Origin: Vulcanimicrobiota bacterium
Lineage (GTDB): Bacteria > Vulcanimicrobiota > Vulcanimicrobiia > Vulcanimicrobiales > Vulcanimicrobiaceae
Assembly (NCBI GenBank): GCA_963786105.1
Contig: CAWAXX010000012.1
Location: 32,001-96,000, forward strand
Length of the DNA: 64,000 bases
Direction of reading: 5' to 3'
Position 1 is the first letter of the stretch; every line of letters begins with the position of its first letter. Positions 11,561-21,790 of the stretch are shown here, one piece after another. Under the pieces are notes generated by a model. It worked only from the letters and a program-made list of their open reading frames with translations. It made no database searches and was not told the origin of the DNA. The translations under genes and the position numbers were made by a program.

Positions 11561-12637
11561 AGGCGCACCGCGTCGACGTCGCGGTACTGGCCGTAGGCCT
11601 GGCGGTGCTCGCGCTGCTGGCGTTCGGGCGCGAAGAATCGCAGCGCGCGGTTCCCGCGCCCTCGGTGTACTCGACGTACGATACCGGACCGAACGGCTAT
11701 CGCGCGCTCTACGGCGTGCTGATCGCAGCGGGCGTGCCGGTGCGGCGCTTCCAGCGCGTACTCGGAGCTGCTCGACGCCGACGTGGGAACGCTCGTCGTT
11801 TCGACGTATGCGGCGATGCCGCGGCCCGCGGGCTCGGCGCACGCGACGCTTCCGATCTGAGCCGATTCGTGCGCGGCGGCGGGCGTTTGGTCGTCCTCGA
11901 CACCGACTTTGCCGGGACGAACGATTTCACGCCGGGCGTCGGCACGTCGGTATCCGCGCATGGGCGCGACGCGATCGCGCTGGCAAGAAATCGCTACACC
12001 GCCGGCGTGCGGCGCGTCGCTGCCCCCATCGACGCCGTCTTTCCGTTCTCGCTTCGGCGCGGCGTCCCGCTGCTCGCCAACGACCGCGGCATCGTCGCGG
12101 CCGCGTATCGCTACGGCAAGGGTGAGGTCGTGGCGATTACCTCGCCGGGATTGTTTGGCAACGCGTCGCTTCGCAACGACGACAACCTGGCGTTTGCGTA
12201 TAACGTCGTCGCCGGTCACGGCCCGGCGGCTTTTGACGAGTACGTGCACGGCTACGACGACGACCAAAGCTTCTGGCAAGCGTTGCCGGCGCCGGTGCAC
12301 GTCGGCTTTTTGGATGGCGTGCGCGATCGTCGTGCTTGCGTTGATCGGTGCGAACGTACCGTTCGCGCCGCCGCTGCCGGCAAAACCGCCCGACGAACGC
12401 GACTCGTCGGCGTATGTCGACGCGATGGCGGCGCTCATGCGCCGCGCCCGCGCGGTGCGCGCCGCAACCACGCTGTTCGCTGCGGACGCGATTCGCCGCG
12501 CGCGCGGTCGCGAGAACCCCGGCGTCCGGGCGGCGGTCGCCGACCTCGAGCGCTTACGCGATCTGCCGCATCCATCCGACGCGGTGCTGGTGCGTGCCGC
12601 CGCGATCGATTTTCAGTTACGAAAGGATCTACCATGA
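11557..12637 (+). CDS. DUF4350 domain protein (frameshifts near 11770-11820 and 12305)
   Basis: [23 protein letters not shown] and FDEYVHG motifs; the C-terminus continues in the frame ending RKDLP. Confidence 0.7.
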
Positions 12638-13594
12638 CCGTCAACGTCAGCGAGCTGGCCGCGCGAATCGCCGAAGGAATGGATCGCGCCGTGGTCGATG
12701 CGCGCCGGACGACCTTCGCGCTCGAAGTAGCGCTGCTGGCGCGCGGTCACGTTTTGATCGAGGGCGTACCCGGCACCGGTAAGACGCTTGCCGTCCGCGC
12801 GTTGGCGATGTTGTTGGGCATCGATTTCCGGCGCATCCAGTTCACTCCGGACATGATGCCGGCCGACGTCGTCGGCACGACCGTGTTCAACCCCAAGACC
12901 ACCGAGTTTACGACGCGCTTAGGCCCGATCGTCGCCAACGTCGTGTCTGGCGGACGAGATCAATCGCACGCCTCCGAAAACGCAGGCGGCGTTGTTGGAA
13001 GCGATGGAGGAAGGCTGCGTCACGATCGACGGCGTTCCTCACCGGCTTCCCAGCCCGTTTCTGTTGTGCGCGACGCAAAATCCGATCGAATACGAGGGGA
13101 CCTATCCGCTTCCCGAGGCGCAGCTCGACCGGTTCATGGTGAAGATCGAATCGGCGTATCCGGCGGAAGTGCGCGAGTTGCAGTTGTTGGAGCGCGTGGC
13201 CGCCGGCTTCGACGCGCGCGACCTCGAAGCGTCCGGCATCGCGGCGGTGACCGGCGCCGCCGAGTTGATCGAAGCGCAGCGCGCGATCCGCACGATCCAC
13301 TTGTCGGCAAGCGTGCGCGACTATACGTATCGCATCGTCGCCGGAACGCGCACGCATCCGCGTTTGACGCTCGGCGCTTCGCCACGGGCCGGAATTGCGT
13401 TGCTGCTGGCGTCTCAGGCGGCTGCCGCCATAGCCGGCCGCGAGTTCGCTACGCCGGACGACGTCAAGGACGTTGCGTTCTGCGTCCTGCCGCACCGGCT
13501 GATCGTCGCGCCCGACGCGGAGATCGAAGGGATCTCGGCGGCCGACGTGCTGCACGAAATTCTCGCGAACGTTCCGGTTCCGCGTGAAGCGTAA
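12634..13594 (+). CDS. MoxR-family AAA+ ATPase (frameshift near 12945)
   Basis: [31 protein letters not shown] and [22 protein letters not shown] motifs. Confidence 0.92.
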
Positions 13595-14930
13595 GCGTCC
13601 GCGCGTGTGGCTGCCCATTTGGGTAACGCCGCGGTTTCTCTATCTGCTCGGCGCGCTCGCGCTGTTGGCAGCCTGCGCTCCCGGCGTCGCACCGTTGTTG
13701 CCTGTGGCGATTGCCGGCGGCGTCGCGCTCGGCCTCGCCCTCGTCGTCGACGCGATGGTCGGACCGCGTCCCAGCGAGGTCGCTGTCCAGCGGCGCAGCG
13801 GCGATCACCTCGCGTTGCGCGTGTCCACCGAGCTGACGTATCGGGTCGAGAACCGCTCCGCCCGCGCGATTGCGGCGGGCATCGTGGAAACCCCGGTGCG
13901 CACGTTGCGCTTCGAGCAGGACGAGACGATCGGCGACGTCCCGCCGCACTCGAGTGTGAGGCTCGTGCGGACGGTAACGCCAATCGCACGCGGGCGCGAC
14001 GAGTTCGGCACTTTGTACGTGTGGTACGAAAACGCGTTCGGATTGCTGCGCCGACGGATGGCGATCGAAGCGCCGCAAGCTTTTCGAGTCTTTCCCGACC
14101 TTTCGGCGGTCCAGCGATACGGCTCGCTTCACGTGCGCAATCGTTTGATCGAAGCGGGCCTGCGTAAGATGCGCTTACGCGGCGCCGGCACCGAGTTCGA
14201 ATCGCTGCGCGAGTGGTCCGACGGCGACGCTTTCCGTTTCGTCGACTGGAAGGCGACAGCTCGGCGCGGGAGGATGATGGTTGCGCATCACGAGGTCGAG
14301 CGGAGTCAAAACGTCATGCTCGTTCTCGATTGCGGCCGGCTGATGACGCCGCGCATCGACGGCAAGCAACGAAAACTCGACTACGCCGTGACCGCCGCTC
14401 TGTCGCTGGCCAGCATCGCCGGACTGGCCAGCGATCGCGTCGGCGTCGTCGCGTTTGCGCGCGAAATCCTCGCGGCCAGCGCGCCGCGCTCGACGCGCTC
14501 TTCGATCGCGCGTATCACCGAACTGCTCTACGATCTGGAACCACGTTTCGAAGAAGCCAACTACGGGCGGGCCTTCGCTTATCTGCGCGCGCATCTGCAC
14601 AAGCGCTCGCTGATCGTGTTTCTCACCGACGTCATCGATCCGCTGTCGCAAAGCGCGCTGCTGGCCGAGCTCGGATCGCTGGCGCGGCGCCATCTGCTCG
14701 TCTGCGTGTTCATGAACGATGCGGCCGTAACCGCCGCCTTAGCCGACGAACCCCGCGACGTCATCGGCGCGTACCGTGCCGGCGTAGCGTTGGGCCTGGC
14801 CGAAGAGCGGCGCACGGCGGCGGCACTGCTGATGCGCACCGGCGCGATCGTCGTCGACGTGCCCGCTGCGAAGCTGACGACGGCGCTGATCGACGAATAT
14901 CTGCGCGTGAAACAGCGCTCGCTACTGTAA
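13584..14930 (+). CDS. DUF58 domain (vWA-like) protein
   Basis: [21 protein letters not shown] and DCGRLM motifs. Confidence 0.9.
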   Translation: MKRKRPRVWLPIWVTPRFLYLLGALALLAACAPGVAPLLPVAIAGGVALGLALVVDAMVGPRPSEVAVQRRSGDHLALRVSTELTYRVENRSARAIAAGIVETPVRTLRFEQDETIGDVPPHSSVRLVRTVTPIARGRDEFGTLYVWYENAFGLLRRRMAIEAPQAFRVFPDLSAVQRYGSLHVRNRLIEAGLRKMRLRGAGTEFESLREWSDGDAFRFVDWKATARRGRMMVAHHEVERSQNVMLVLDCGRLMTPRIDGKQRKLDYAVTAALSLASIAGLASDRVGVVAFAREILAASAPRSTRSSIARITELLYDLEPRFEEANYGRAFAYLRAHLHKRSLIVFLTDVIDPLSQSALLAELGSLARRHLLVCVFMNDAAVTAALADEPRDVIGAYRAGVALGLAEERRTAAALLMRTGAIVVDVPAAKLTTALIDEYLRVKQRSLL

Positions 14931-15908
14931 CTCTTCGGCGGACTCGCGCGCGCGCCGTCCCGAAAGTCCGAAGTAGAACAGCAACGCGGCCGCGGTGAGC
15001 GTTCCGATCGCAATGCGAACTTCGGGTGACCAGCGCTGGGGCGAAATGAAACCTTCAATCGTTCCGGCAACGACGAGCATCGAAGCGACCCCTACGATCA
15101 GCGTTCCCGCACGCCGCGCGTTGGAGACTAGCGCGTCGCGCCTGCGCAACCGTCCGGGAAAGACGACGCCGGCGGCGATCAGCAAACCGGCTGCGCCGGC
15201 GATCTGGATCGCCGTCAGCTCGATCACGCCGTGCGGCGCGATCGTCGCCCAAAAATCGTAGCCGAAGCCGGCGTTGGCAAAGAGCGCGCCGAGTCCGCCG
15301 AGCATGAGGCCGTTATAGGCAACGATGTATAGCGTGAGTGCCCCCAGCGTCACCGAGCCGGCGAACGCCATCACGGCGACCTTGATGTTGTTGGTGACGA
15401 TTATCGCCGACATCGCCGGTGCAAAGTCGCGGTCGAAGGCGAAGTTCGAGTCGTGCAGACTCTTTCGAATTTCGTCGGGAACGAGCTCCTTGGGAAGCAG
15501 GGCGTAGGCTTCGGCGGGGTGCGAGCGGATCACCGCAAAGGCAACGACGCTGAAAGCGATCGTTATCGCGGCGCAAATCGCTACGTAGGCGAACGAACGG
15601 CGAAATTCGCGCGGAAAGGTTTCGCGATAGAAGCGGGCGATTCGAGCGCCGCCCGTTTCGGCCGAACCGCCGTACACGTAGGCGTGTGCGCGCGCCGTGA
15701 GGCGATTGAGGTACTCGAGGAGCCGGGCATCGAACTCGCGGCCGCGAGCGTACGCCAAGTCGCTGGTGGTCGCACGGTACAGCCGGCCCAGTTCGGCGAT
15801 CTCGCCGGCGTCGAGCGCGCGTACGCCGCGCCGGCCGGCCCGCTGCAGCAGGGCGTCGAGACGCTCCCACGTCGGCGACCGTTTGTTCACGAATGACCCC
15901 TGCGTCAT
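14922..15908 (-). CDS. SpoIIM-family (DUF95) membrane protein
   Basis: LYRATTSDLA, NNIKVA, PHGVIEL and IEGFISP motifs. Confidence 0.88.
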   Translation of the reverse strand: MTQGSFVNKRSPTWERLDALLQRAGRRGVRALDAGEIAELGRLYRATTSDLAYARGREFDARLLEYLNRLTARAHAYVYGGSAETGGARIARFYRETFPREFRRSFAYVAICAAITIAFSVVAFAVIRSHPAEAYALLPKELVPDEIRKSLHDSNFAFDRDFAPAMSAIIVTNNIKVAVMAFAGSVTLGALTLYIVAYNGLMLGGLGALFANAGFGYDFWATIAPHGVIELTAIQIAGAAGLLIAAGVVFPGRLRRRDALVSNARRAGTLIVGVASMLVVAGTIEGFISPQRWSPEVRIAIGTLTAAALLFYFGLSGRRARESAEELQ

Positions 15909-15922
15909 AACTTATGCTCTAA

Positions 15923-16100
15923 CGACGGTGTAGGCCGGCAAGCCTGGGTGTTTAAACGGCGCTCCGGCCCAGCCTCCGCGCCCCCCACTTCGTGGGGCCC
16001 CCCGGCCATGGCGCGCGAAAGAGATTGGTCTGCTCGAGACTCCCCGAGGGCGCGCCAAATTAACCCACTGCCGTTGCCCAGGTTTCCCGGGACTACGTCG
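15923..16100 (+). ncRNA. Candidate structured ncRNA, 6S-RNA-like rod with central bubble
   Basis: The ends pair extensively (cgac/gtcg, gtag/ctac, ccgg/ccgg, aagcctgggt/gcccaggttt, aacggc/gccgtt). Length is ~178 nt, with a TATGCT -10-like hexamer at 15913-15918. Strand is inferred from G-U pairs and the -10 element. Confidence 0.5.
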
Positions 16101-16114
16101 AGCACCAACACCTC

Positions 16115-16846
16115 GTGCAACGCAATCTCGACGTGCGGACGCCCGAAAGCATCGCATTTAGCTACGAACTGGCCGGCTTAGGAAGCCGTTTCTTGGCGTT
16201 GACGATCGATATGCTGTTACAAGGCGCGGTGTTTGCAGCGCTCGCGCTAGGTCTTATGCTTGCTGCGTCGCGCATCGCGCCGGTCAAGCACGTCGCGTCG
16301 GGCACCGAGAAGATCGCCGACGCGGTCGCGGTGGCGCTGCTAGTCGCGATCGTGTTCCTTATTTTCTTCGGGTACTTTATTATTTTCGAAACGTTCTGGA
16401 ACGGCCAGACGCCGGGAAAGCGCGCACTCGGCGTGCGCGCCGTACGCGACGGAGGATATCCTCTCGATTTCGGCGCCGCGCTCGTGCGCAATCTCGTTCG
16501 CGTCGGCGAGTTGGCGATCGGATTCTACGCGCTGTCGGCGATCAGCATGCTGCTCTCATCCGAAAACAAACGCCTCGGCGATTTTGCCGCGGGCACGATC
16601 GTCGTTCGCGACGCGCGCTTGGCGATGCCGAAGGCTTTGGCAGCCGAACCGGAACCCCAGTACGGTCCGACGCGCTACCTCTCGGGAGCCGAACGTTCGT
16701 TGATTCGGCGGTTTCTCGACCGGCGCGACGCGCTGACGCCGCAACGCCGTCGCGAGTTGGCCGCACAAATCGCCAGACGAGTACGTGAACGCGTGCCACC
16801 GGAACTGCAGCGCCTCGACGACGAACCGCTCCTCGAGAGGCTGTAG
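16115..16846 (+). CDS. RDD family membrane protein
   Basis: TPE...LAGLGSRFLA..ID, GQTPGKR and KRLGDFAAGTIVV motifs. Confidence 0.9.
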   Translation: MQRNLDVRTPESIAFSYELAGLGSRFLALTIDMLLQGAVFAALALGLMLAASRIAPVKHVASGTEKIADAVAVALLVAIVFLIFFGYFIIFETFWNGQTPGKRALGVRAVRDGGYPLDFGAALVRNLVRVGELAIGFYALSAISMLLSSENKRLGDFAAGTIVVRDARLAMPKALAAEPEPQYGPTRYLSGAERSLIRRFLDRRDALTPQRRRELAAQIARRVRERVPPELQRLDDEPLLERL

Positions 16847-16857
16847 GAGAACTCCGC

Positions 16858-17844
16858 TTATCTGAAGCGGCCCATGAGGTCGCGTGCAAACGTCATTGCG
16901 TCGCTTTTGGTGCGTTCGAAAAGTTTGGCGGCTTGACCGCTGGTCATGTGGCGCCCGTGTTCGAGGAAGAACGTTACACTCTCGCCGACGACGATCGTCC
17001 CGGCGTAGGCGATGGCACCTTTGATCGCGATTCCCGCGACCGGAATAAAGCCGCTGAGTTCGCGCGCGAGCGTGCGCCATCCGAAGCCACCGCCGACGAC
17101 CGGAAGCAGCTGCCACATCCGTTGAAGATCGGGATCGCGTCCGTACGCGGCTTCAACGTGGAGCAACAGCATCATCTGGATGCCGGTAATCGCAACCATG
17201 TCGCCGGCCGAGGCAAAGGCACCGAGAACCAATCCGACGACCGGGATGTGATCGACGACCGCGCTGGCGAGCGAAACCTTCAGGGCGTTGCGAGCGGCGT
17301 CGCGCGTCAGCTTCGCCGCCACCGTTTCGCGCAAGGCGGGCAGGCGCCGGCCGACCGCAATCTCCACGCCGCGCGCGCATTCGACCAGGTGCGGAAAAAC
17401 GCGTCCGCGCAACGCTTCGCGCGAAATTCGCTGCGCGACGTATTCGGCCGACGCGCCCGGAGCAGGAACCGCCGGCGGGCCGCTAGGTGACGCGGCCGGA
17501 TCGATCGTTACCGCCAGTATCGGAACCTTAAGCGCGCTCATAGAAGCGAGATCCGCTCCTGCGAAGTCGCCGGGCCGTCCGAGAAAGATCGCTGCGCGAA
17601 CGTCGCTCGCGTCGACCATTACCGGTGTCCGCGGCAGAAGCGTTTCCAAACAGGCCGCCGCGTCGAGCGGAACCGTCCCGTCGTCGTGGCCGGCGAGCAG
17701 CAGCGCGCGCATCTCGGCAATTAGTGCGGGATCGCCGCAGAGCAGGAACCGAAAGGGCTTGCGCACGTGGGCGCGTACCGCGCGCACGTCGATGCCCTTA
17801 CGAACGAGGCGAAAGACGTCTTTCGCACCAAGAGCGGAGGCCAT
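16858..17844 (-). CDS. DUF697/YcjF-like protein
   Basis: DHIPVVG...DMVAITGIQMMLL...AAYG and IPVAGIAIKGAIAYAGT segments. Confidence 0.6.
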   Translation of the reverse strand: MASALGAKDVFRLVRKGIDVRAVRAHVRKPFRFLLCGDPALIAEMRALLLAGHDDGTVPLDAAACLETLLPRTPVMVDASDVRAAIFLGRPGDFAGADLASMSALKVPILAVTIDPAASPSGPPAVPAPGASAEYVAQRISREALRGRVFPHLVECARGVEIAVGRRLPALRETVAAKLTRDAARNALKVSLASAVVDHIPVVGLVLGAFASAGDMVAITGIQMMLLLHVEAAYGRDPDLQRMWQLLPVVGGGFGWRTLARELSGFIPVAGIAIKGAIAYAGTIVVGESVTFFLEHGRHMTSGQAAKLFERTKSDAMTFARDLMGRFR

Positions 17845-17855
17845 GCGTTCCTTCC

Positions 17856-19907
17856 CTACAAGCCCAGTTCCGAAAGCGTCGCCGCTTCGGTGCCGTCGGC
17901 TCGACGCAGCTCTTTCATGGGGTCGTCGGTGAAGTCGAGATACACCAAACCCACAAAGATCTCGAGCGGCCACGCGTGCATTCCGTGCGTATTTGCGACG
18001 TCGACAATGGTCTGCTTGTTGCTTTTGGCTTCGGCAACGATCGCTTCGGGCGTGCTCTTGATGTCGGCGGCCAAAATGGTCGCCAGCGTCACGTCGCCCG
18101 GCGTCAATCCGGCGCGCAGCATCGTCCGGTAGTCGAGACCGCTGATGCCGAAACGCTTTTGCAGCGCATACTGAAGGGTGGAGTAGCGCTGCGGCGACGT
18201 ACCTAAACCGAGCAGGGTGATTCGCGTGGAGATTTGGCGCGAGCGAGCCATGTTGTAGAGCTGCGCGCCTTGCGATGCGGCGGTAGCCGCGCTATTGAAA
18301 TCGGCCACCGATTTCTGCATCGTCGGCTGCAGCGAAGTGTAAGCACTCTCGCTGATGTCGCCGTTGAAGCTGAGTTGAACGTGATCGAGTTGTTTGAGAA
18401 ACTCGTCGAGATCGCCGACGGACTGATCGAGCTGCGTGAGCGAGGCGCGCGCGGCGTCGACCGCGCGAAGCATGTCGCCGTCGGAAAGCGACAGGTCGTT
18501 GAGCATCTGCGGATAGTTTGGTAGAATCGCGAGCGAGTCGGCGGGGATCGGTACCGACGCAAACGGCTCGAGCATCTCCGTATAAATGTCGGAGCCCTCC
18601 TTGAGCATCCCGCTCTCTTTGCCTTTCTCGAGGGTGCCGACGCCGCCGAGCGGGGCGCGGGCATCCTGTAACGCGCTGTCGATGGAGCGCGACATCAGGC
18701 TGAGATTCTTTACGATGGCCTCGACCCGCGATCCGCGCCGAATGTTGATCCGGCTGAAATCCGGAATCTCGTACTGCAGGGAATTCACGCGCGTGTTGAT
18801 GGCCTTGATCTGATCCTTGCCTTCGGCCGCGCGCGCCGCGATTTGCGATGCGGCTTCTATTTGCGAGGCTTGCCCGGCTCGCACCGCGCTCTGGAGCTTC
18901 GGCAGGTTGGGATGCGTTAACGTAACGCGTTGAACTTCCATCTGCCGTAAGGCGGAGATGCGCTGATTGGCGGCCGCCCGGGTTTGCGGCGAGCCGAGTT
19001 GCGCGGCTTCGGACAGTGTCTGCTGGCTCTTGCTGGTGAGGCCGAGGGCGAGGTCGGATTGTCCCATCTCCAGCAGCGCTTCGGCGTTCTGCGGGTCCTT
19101 TTTGAGGACGTTTGCCAAGCGAATAGCGCCGAACTCATAGCGCGCGCGTTCCTCATCGCTCGAAGCTTGAACCAGCTGCTGCGCGGTCGTGACGTCCTTC
19201 GGATCGAGCTCGGGGTAGCCCATGAGGTGCGCGACGCGCTTCTTCGGATCCGGGTGGTCCTCGAGATATTTCGTCAACAGGTCGCTGTGCTCGTCTTGCA
19301 GCACCGCTAGGTGGGCCATCATCGTGACCATGGATTCCGGATCGTAGCCGGCGCGCGACATCAACTGTAGGCCGTAACGATCGGCTTGGAGTTCGTCTTC
19401 GCGCGAAATCTTGGCCATCAAGCCGGCTTCGGCCAAACTGCCGAAGTTAGAGATCAGCGGCGAAAAGAGCGACGCGATGCCGAATAGGATGTTGAGGATC
19501 TCCGCTTTCGATTGCGTGGTGATGACGTGCCGGCGCTCGATGTGACCGGTTTCGTGGCCGACGACGCTCGCCAACTCGTCGTCGGATTGGACGAAGTCGA
19601 CCAAGCCTTCGTTGACGTACACGAATCCGCCCATGGTCGCGAAGGAGTTGATACTGTCGTCCTTGATAATTTTGACCGAGTACGGGACGTCCTTGCGCGC
19701 GACTTGGTTCCAAAGATTCTCGGCGATGCCTTGAACGTAGGCGTTGAGGAGTGGATCGGTTTCGATCACGCTGCTGGCGACGATCTGCTGGTCTTCCTCC
19801 TGGCCGAGCTGAATCTCGGCGGCCGTCGACATGGCGTAGACCGGCGCAGGGACGGCGGCGAACGCGAGCGATAGGGCGATCAAGACGGGGATGATTCGGC
19901 GCATCAT
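17856..19907 (-). CDS. M48-family zinc metalloprotease with TPR and coiled-coil extension
   Basis: Signal peptide, INSFATMGG, HETGH (HExxH), SREDELQAD and HP motifs. Confidence 0.88.
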   Translation of the reverse strand: MMRRIIPVLIALSLAFAAVPAPVYAMSTAAEIQLGQEEDQQIVASSVIETDPLLNAYVQGIAENLWNQVARKDVPYSVKIIKDDSINSFATMGGFVYVNEGLVDFVQSDDELASVVGHETGHIERRHVITTQSKAEILNILFGIASLFSPLISNFGSLAEAGLMAKISREDELQADRYGLQLMSRAGYDPESMVTMMAHLAVLQDEHSDLLTKYLEDHPDPKKRVAHLMGYPELDPKDVTTAQQLVQASSDEERARYEFGAIRLANVLKKDPQNAEALLEMGQSDLALGLTSKSQQTLSEAAQLGSPQTRAAANQRISALRQMEVQRVTLTHPNLPKLQSAVRAGQASQIEAASQIAARAAEGKDQIKAINTRVNSLQYEIPDFSRINIRRGSRVEAIVKNLSLMSRSIDSALQDARAPLGGVGTLEKGKESGMLKEGSDIYTEMLEPFASVPIPADSLAILPNYPQMLNDLSLSDGDMLRAVDAARASLTQLDQSVGDLDEFLKQLDHVQLSFNGDISESAYTSLQPTMQKSVADFNSAATAASQGAQLYNMARSRQISTRITLLGLGTSPQRYSTLQYALQKRFGISGLDYRTMLRAGLTPGDVTLATILAADIKSTPEAIVAEAKSNKQTIVDVANTHGMHAWPLEIFVGLVYLDFTDDPMKELRRADGTEAATLSELGL

Positions 19908-20003
19908 AAGCCTTCTTTTAGGAGTACTCGGGTAAAGTGAGCCTTGTTCCAGAAACGACCGGCGGGTTCGTCGCGTTACACGAGGCGGCTGCTGTGCACC
20001 AGC

Positions 20004-20012
20004 TGTGGATAA
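20004..20012 (-). promoter_or_regulatory. Consensus DnaA box (TTATCCACA)
   Basis: tgtggataa on the + strand in the intergenic region upstream of minC. Confidence 0.4.
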
Positions 20013-20114
20013 TGGCAAGAACTTGCGAGTCCGGTGTGGATGGCAGCGGGTATGGAGCGGCGAGCGTGTGAACCGGGCGAGACATCGTATCCGAGAGGTA
20101 TTCGAAGCAAACAC

Positions 20115-20992
20115 GTGACTCTCTTACGCGGCAGGAAGCAAGGCCTCGAGGTCGCGCTCGCCGGGCGCGAGCTTGGCGCGGCGTTCGATGAGCTGCAAGC
20201 TCGCCTTGCCGAGCGGCCGGGCTTTTACCGCGGCACCGTTGCGGTGGCGAATTTCGGCACGACGCGCCCGTCGCCCGAGGAGTTGCGCAGATTGCAGGAG
20301 TTGTTTCCGGCGCCGGCATCGAGTTGCGGGCGGTGGCCGGCTCGCCCGAGGTCGAGGAGGTCGCCGGCCAGTGCGGACTCTCCTTCGAAAAAGTGGGCGC
20401 CTTGGATCAGCACGAGCTCGCGCGCCGTCGCGCGCTGCGTCCCCGCCGGGACGTCAAGCTTTCCGACGCTGCTCGTTCCCTGGTCGCCGATTTTGCCGGC
20501 GCTCGCGCGGACATCGCCGACCGGCGGCGGCGCGGCGAGGCGAGCGTTCCGCGTCTCGACCCCTCGATCGTCCTTCCGGACGAACCGGGTGCGCCGGAGG
20601 CTCCGGCCGCTCTGCACCTGGTGGAGACCCCGCCGAGCACGCTCTATCACGCCGGCACCGTGCGCGGCGGCCAGGCGCTCCATCACGTCGGTCACATCGT
20701 GGTCGTCGGCGACGTGAATCCCGGAGCCGAGCTCATCGCCAGCGGCGACGTCGTGGTGTTTGGGAGGCTCGGCGGGGTGGCGCATGCCGGCGCGCAAGGC
20801 GACGAAGCCGCGCGCGTGCACGCGCTCGATCTCGACGCCACTCAACTGCGCATCGCAACGTTCATCGCGGCCGACGATCGAGATCGTTCGCGAACTTCCC
20901 GCCCCGAAGTCGCGTTGGTTCGCGACGCCCGCATCGTCGTGGTTTCCTACGACCGGCTCGACGAAATCGAGCGAGGAGTTACCCAATCGTGA
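20115..20992 (+). CDS. minC: Septum site-determining protein MinC (frameshift near 20310)
   Basis: GTVRGGQ, GDVNPGAELIASGDVVVFGRLGGVAHAG and QLRIA motifs; N-terminus LRGRKQGL is in the upstream frame. Confidence 0.9.
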
Positions 20993-21780
20993 TCGCGCGC
21001 CGCATCGTCGTAACTTCGGGCAAGGGCGGGGTCGGCAAAACGACCACCACCGCGAATCTCGGAGCGGCGCTGGCCAAACGAGGCAAGCGCGTCATTCTCA
21101 TCGATGCCGATATCGGGCTGCGGAATCTCGACCTCGTCTTGGGCTTGGAAAAGCGCATCGTGTTCGATCTGGTCGAAGTGGCCGAAGGACGTTGTCAGCT
21201 TCGGCAAGCGTTGATCAAGGACAAGCGCTTCGAATCGCTTTCGATTCTCCCGGCGGCCCAGACGCGCGAAAAAGACGCGATTACCGAAGAGCAGTTCTCG
21301 GCGATCGTCGAACGCGCGGCCGAACAGAGCGATTACGTGCTGATCGATTGTCCGGCCGGCATCGAGACCGGTTTTCGCAACGCGGTCGCCGGCGCGGCCG
21401 AGGCGATCGTCGTGACTACGCCGGAAGTGAGCGCGATCCGCGACGCGGACCGCGTGGTCGGCAAGCTCAGCGACCGAGGCAAACCGATTCGCCTCATCGT
21501 CAACCGCCTACGTTCGGAGATGGTGCGCAGCGGCGACATGCTTTCGGTCGACGACGTCTGCGAGATTTTGGCGATCGAACTGCTCGGGATCGTGCCCGAC
21601 AGCGACGAGATCATCGACACGACCAATCGCGGGGAGCCGGTCGTACTGGATGAAACCAGCCGGGTGCGCGGGATTTACGACAAGATCGTCCGGCGCCTGG
21701 AAGGCGAGATCGTACCGTTCACGAGGTTCGACGGTCACGGATTCTTCGGGCGTCTTTTCGACGCCATGAAAGTGGGATAG
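20989..21780 (+). CDS. minD: Septum site-determining ATPase MinD (copy 1)
   Basis: SGKGGVGKTT, DIGLRNLD, DCPAGIE and TPEVSAIRDADR motifs; C-terminal amphipathic helix. Confidence 0.95.
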   Translation: MIARRIVVTSGKGGVGKTTTTANLGAALAKRGKRVILIDADIGLRNLDLVLGLEKRIVFDLVEVAEGRCQLRQALIKDKRFESLSILPAAQTREKDAITEEQFSAIVERAAEQSDYVLIDCPAGIETGFRNAVAGAAEAIVVTTPEVSAIRDADRVVGKLSDRGKPIRLIVNRLRSEMVRSGDMLSVDDVCEILAIELLGIVPDSDEIIDTTNRGEPVVLDETSRVRGIYDKIVRRLEGEIVPFTRFDGHGFFGRLFDAMKVG

Positions 21781-21790
21781 GGACACCGAC

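Noticed and set aside
11506..13587. Long fusion ORFs in the track (DUF4350-MoxR; also DLH-RmuC 40725..42815 and TsdA-YeiH 43561..45066)
   Set aside because: These are read-through artefacts of frameshifts; each partner has its own start and stop in another frame.
15932..16010. HDV-like ribozyme (ggccggca...cccagcctcc resembles the HDV 5' end)
   Set aside because: The P3 3' strand, P1.1 and terminal P2 partner are not in the required order; the rod fold explains the sequence better.
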